NCBI RefSeq assembly: GCF_001447785.1
Contig: NW_015176457.1
Span: 544,252 to 608,251 of the forward strand
Reading direction: 5' to 3'
Length of the DNA: 64,000 nucleotides
Source of the DNA: Gekko japonicus
Taxonomy: Eukaryota
Below the pieces are notes generated by a model, which saw only the letters and a list, made by a program, of their open reading frames with translations, was not told the DNA's origin and ran no database searches. Of the stretch, positions 61,296 to 64,000 are shown one piece after another (position 1 is the first letter of the stretch; each line of letters starts with the position of its first letter). The position numbers and the translations under genes are program-made.

Positions 61296-61756
61296 TAAGA
61301 TCGCCAGGTGAGGCGGACAAGCCAGCAGCGGACTTATGAGGAGGCTCCAGGAGAGGGGAGGGAAGCACGATAGAAATCCAAAGCAAGTTCTGGCTGTCAC
61401 ATTTAAAGGGACTGCATTCCTTTTACATGCCTTCTCCCCACTGGAAATAATGGAGGATGGGGGCACCTTCTATTGGGGCTCATAGAACTGGACCAGTCTT
61501 TTTGAAACTTGGGGGGGTAGGAGAGGTACCAGCAGCTATGCTGAAAATTTGGTGCTTCTGCCTCAAAAAGCAGCCCTCACAGAGCTCCAGATACCCACAG
61601 ATCAATTCTCCATTATACCCTAGGGGGACCAATTTCTATAGGGTATAATAGAGCACCCAATGGCCATTCCCCCCCTGCTTTCTGATAGCCCTGAAGCACT
61701 GGGAGGGGCTCCAAACCAGGGGATCCCCTGCCCCCAACCGGGGATTGGCAGCCCTA
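61296..61756. mobile_element. Composite hAT MITE
   Basis: Ends TAAGATCGCCA / TGGCAGCCCTA; 8-bp TSD CCAGTAGG / CCAATAGG; internal module shared with 40338-40984. Confidence 0.8.
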
Positions 61757-62847
61757 CCAATAGGCCAAAATCAGTTATGTCCTATATGTTTCTCTTTGTT
61801 TTCTATGGACAGTCTCTTTCCCACCAGACTGTATGCCAAAATTCTTTTTGTTTAATGCTTTGCTTGTTTCATAAGGAAGTGATGTGATTTTCTGCATATT
61901 AAGAATACTTTCCTTAAAGTGGGCTGGCCTGCATAAAGCAGCCACAACTCTTGTTTTGTGAATTCACTGCAGTACTCTGAAGTGGCATTTTTAAATAAGG
62001 GGATTATTAAGTTATAAGCTGTCATTTTTAGCAAATAAGTACTTTTTTGAACAGCAAAAATTATGTTAAATGTATAATATGGTAGCAACAGAAATACAAG
62101 CCATATATTGAAAATCTGCAGGGGAAACTAGCAACCACATTTTCAATCTTTGACATCTTCCGTTAGTGCCAGGCAATATTGTTCATGGTTGGAGTTGTCA
62201 CCTTCTGAATATCTGACCCTGAAGTCTCCAGTCCGGTTTCACATTGTGTTATTGTAGCTGAGTCATTGGTGTCCTGACTTTGGTGATCATCAGGGACTCT
62301 TATTTAAGCTTCCTAGTTTTCTGCCTGTGGTGTTCCATTTGTTCTTTGGGTAGGAACATTTTCTGCACATGGACAAAGCTGATAAATTCTGTTCCAGCAG
62401 AGAAGTAAATTACAGACTAGCTATAATCAGTGTCTAGTAAATGCCCTTGGCTGGGAATAGTAGTGTTATATTTGGCAATACTTAAGAATTTTTCTGTTAA
62501 TGTTCTAATTCTCAGAGTATATATCAAAAGTCTGAAATACACAGTTCACATCCAACATGGTCCATGTAAATACATTACATTATCTGATCTGTACTAGCTG
62601 TAAAGATATTAAACACCGGTAAGAATAACAGCAGAATGCCAGACATAATGCTACATCTGTACTAACATTGGTTGTGCTAAAGGTGATTAAACCTTTGCTT
62701 CCATCAATTAAAGTGTGCCTGTTGGAGTGTTGCCACTTAATAAGTGGTGGTGATCTTTTCAGGAAAAAATATTTCTTTTCTGCCTACCATAATGAACATT
62801 ATTTTTTGGAATCAGTCAAAGGACTCCATTTCCTGATTCGTAAAATC

Positions 62848-62934
62848 ACTAACATCTCAGGTTAGTCGGTAAGTAAGTTAAAAAGAAAACACTGGCCTTT
62901 CATCAACTAACATCTCAGGTTAGTCGGTAAGTAA
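62848..62934 (+). repeat. 29-bp direct duplication
   Basis: ACTAACATCTCAGGTTAGTCGGTAAGTAA occurs twice. Confidence 0.9.
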
Positions 62935-64000
62935 TATTACAGAAATATTACAGAAAATGTACCACCATGAAGTAGGAATTATGCACATTCTCTATGTATA
63001 GTCTCCAAGAGAATGTGACTACAACATAAGCTAATATAAACTAACTCTTGAAGAACTTAATTTGATTTACTTCATTTTCACATAAAGTCCAACCTTCCTA
63101 GATCCTGTATACATATTGCATACAATCTACCTCCCTGAGAAATGAAAGACAATTCCATTGCTTTTAATGATGCAGGACTGCCCCCTCCCCTTCTTCCTGA
63201 GGGTACAACACAGTGAGCTCTCTCATTTATGATTTATAATAATGCTTGTTCTACTTCATGTATATACTTTCACGATAGATAACAATCCATACAGTAAATT
63301 CCTCAAACAATTTATTTCACTTCTCCACTTCTGCATCAGAAACCAAGTCTTTAGCCATTAAGCCTGCTGCCCTTCATGACTGACAAGTCTAGCAGCTGAC
63401 AAAAAAAAATGGATCATCCATCTTGGCAATAGTGACAAGCTGACAGTAACAGAGTCTGTGCTCGTATAGTGTTGATGACGCTCCTGGATGCCAAATGGTG
63501 CAGAAATGGAGGTTATGTTATTGGGATTCTCAAGATGTATCTCATGCGTGGATCCTAGTTTTGAGAAACAGAAACCTTTATAAAAACTAAACAATGATAG
63601 GACTGCACTTTGAGAAATGCTGTTGCTGTTGTTTTATGGTCTAGAAACTTCATAGTGAATGGTAGCACTGATTTGATGCATTCAGAAGTAGATAGCTATA
63701 TGGGAAAAAACATTACTTAAACATTCTTGCACTGGCTACAGCTGAAGTCTAGCACAGAAACAAGTAGACAAGTCTTATTGAATGTTCATAACATGCACTA
63801 TACTGAGGCCTCTATGTAGCCATAGGTATCTCTATCCACTGTTCCGAAACAGAAAGATTTTGAAAAGGTAGGAATGAAAATCTCAGTAGGTCAGATTATT
63901 GTGTTTGGGAGAGTGAAGTTTAAAGGGGTTCTAGTGATCTTCCCATAAGAGAACATCTCCCTGAAGCCTCTCTGCCTGATTTGTCTGTAGTTAGGAGCAG

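Overview
This is vertebrate genomic DNA, most likely from a gecko or other squamate lizard. That inference rests on the repeat complement: a Sauria SINE, Squam3-type SINEs, 5S-derived SINEs, BovB, CR1, L2 and Penelope elements. I found no host protein-coding exon that I can support, so the window reads as intronic or intergenic sequence dense in transposon fossils. The long ORFs are transposon-derived (CR1 ORF2 end, L1 ORF1, BovB RT, LTR-embedded ORFs) or spurious. Highlights: (1) three Gypsy-type solo LTRs carry a short ORF whose divergence is biased to synonymous sites and which ends in an RRSARL-like basic motif; (2) a degraded class III (ERV-L/ERV-S-like) provirus has gag and a gamma-type Env TM but no recognisable pol; (3) a Penelope fragment holds an intact-looking minimal hammerhead ribozyme; (4) a Helitron-like element has an insect-like 5' end and an internal ~140-bp array; (5) a 5'-intact L1 with a perfect 17-bp TSD spans an assembly gap; (6) several templated inversions, duplications and a telomere-repeat insertion are present. 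All family assignments come from recalled motifs, not database searches.
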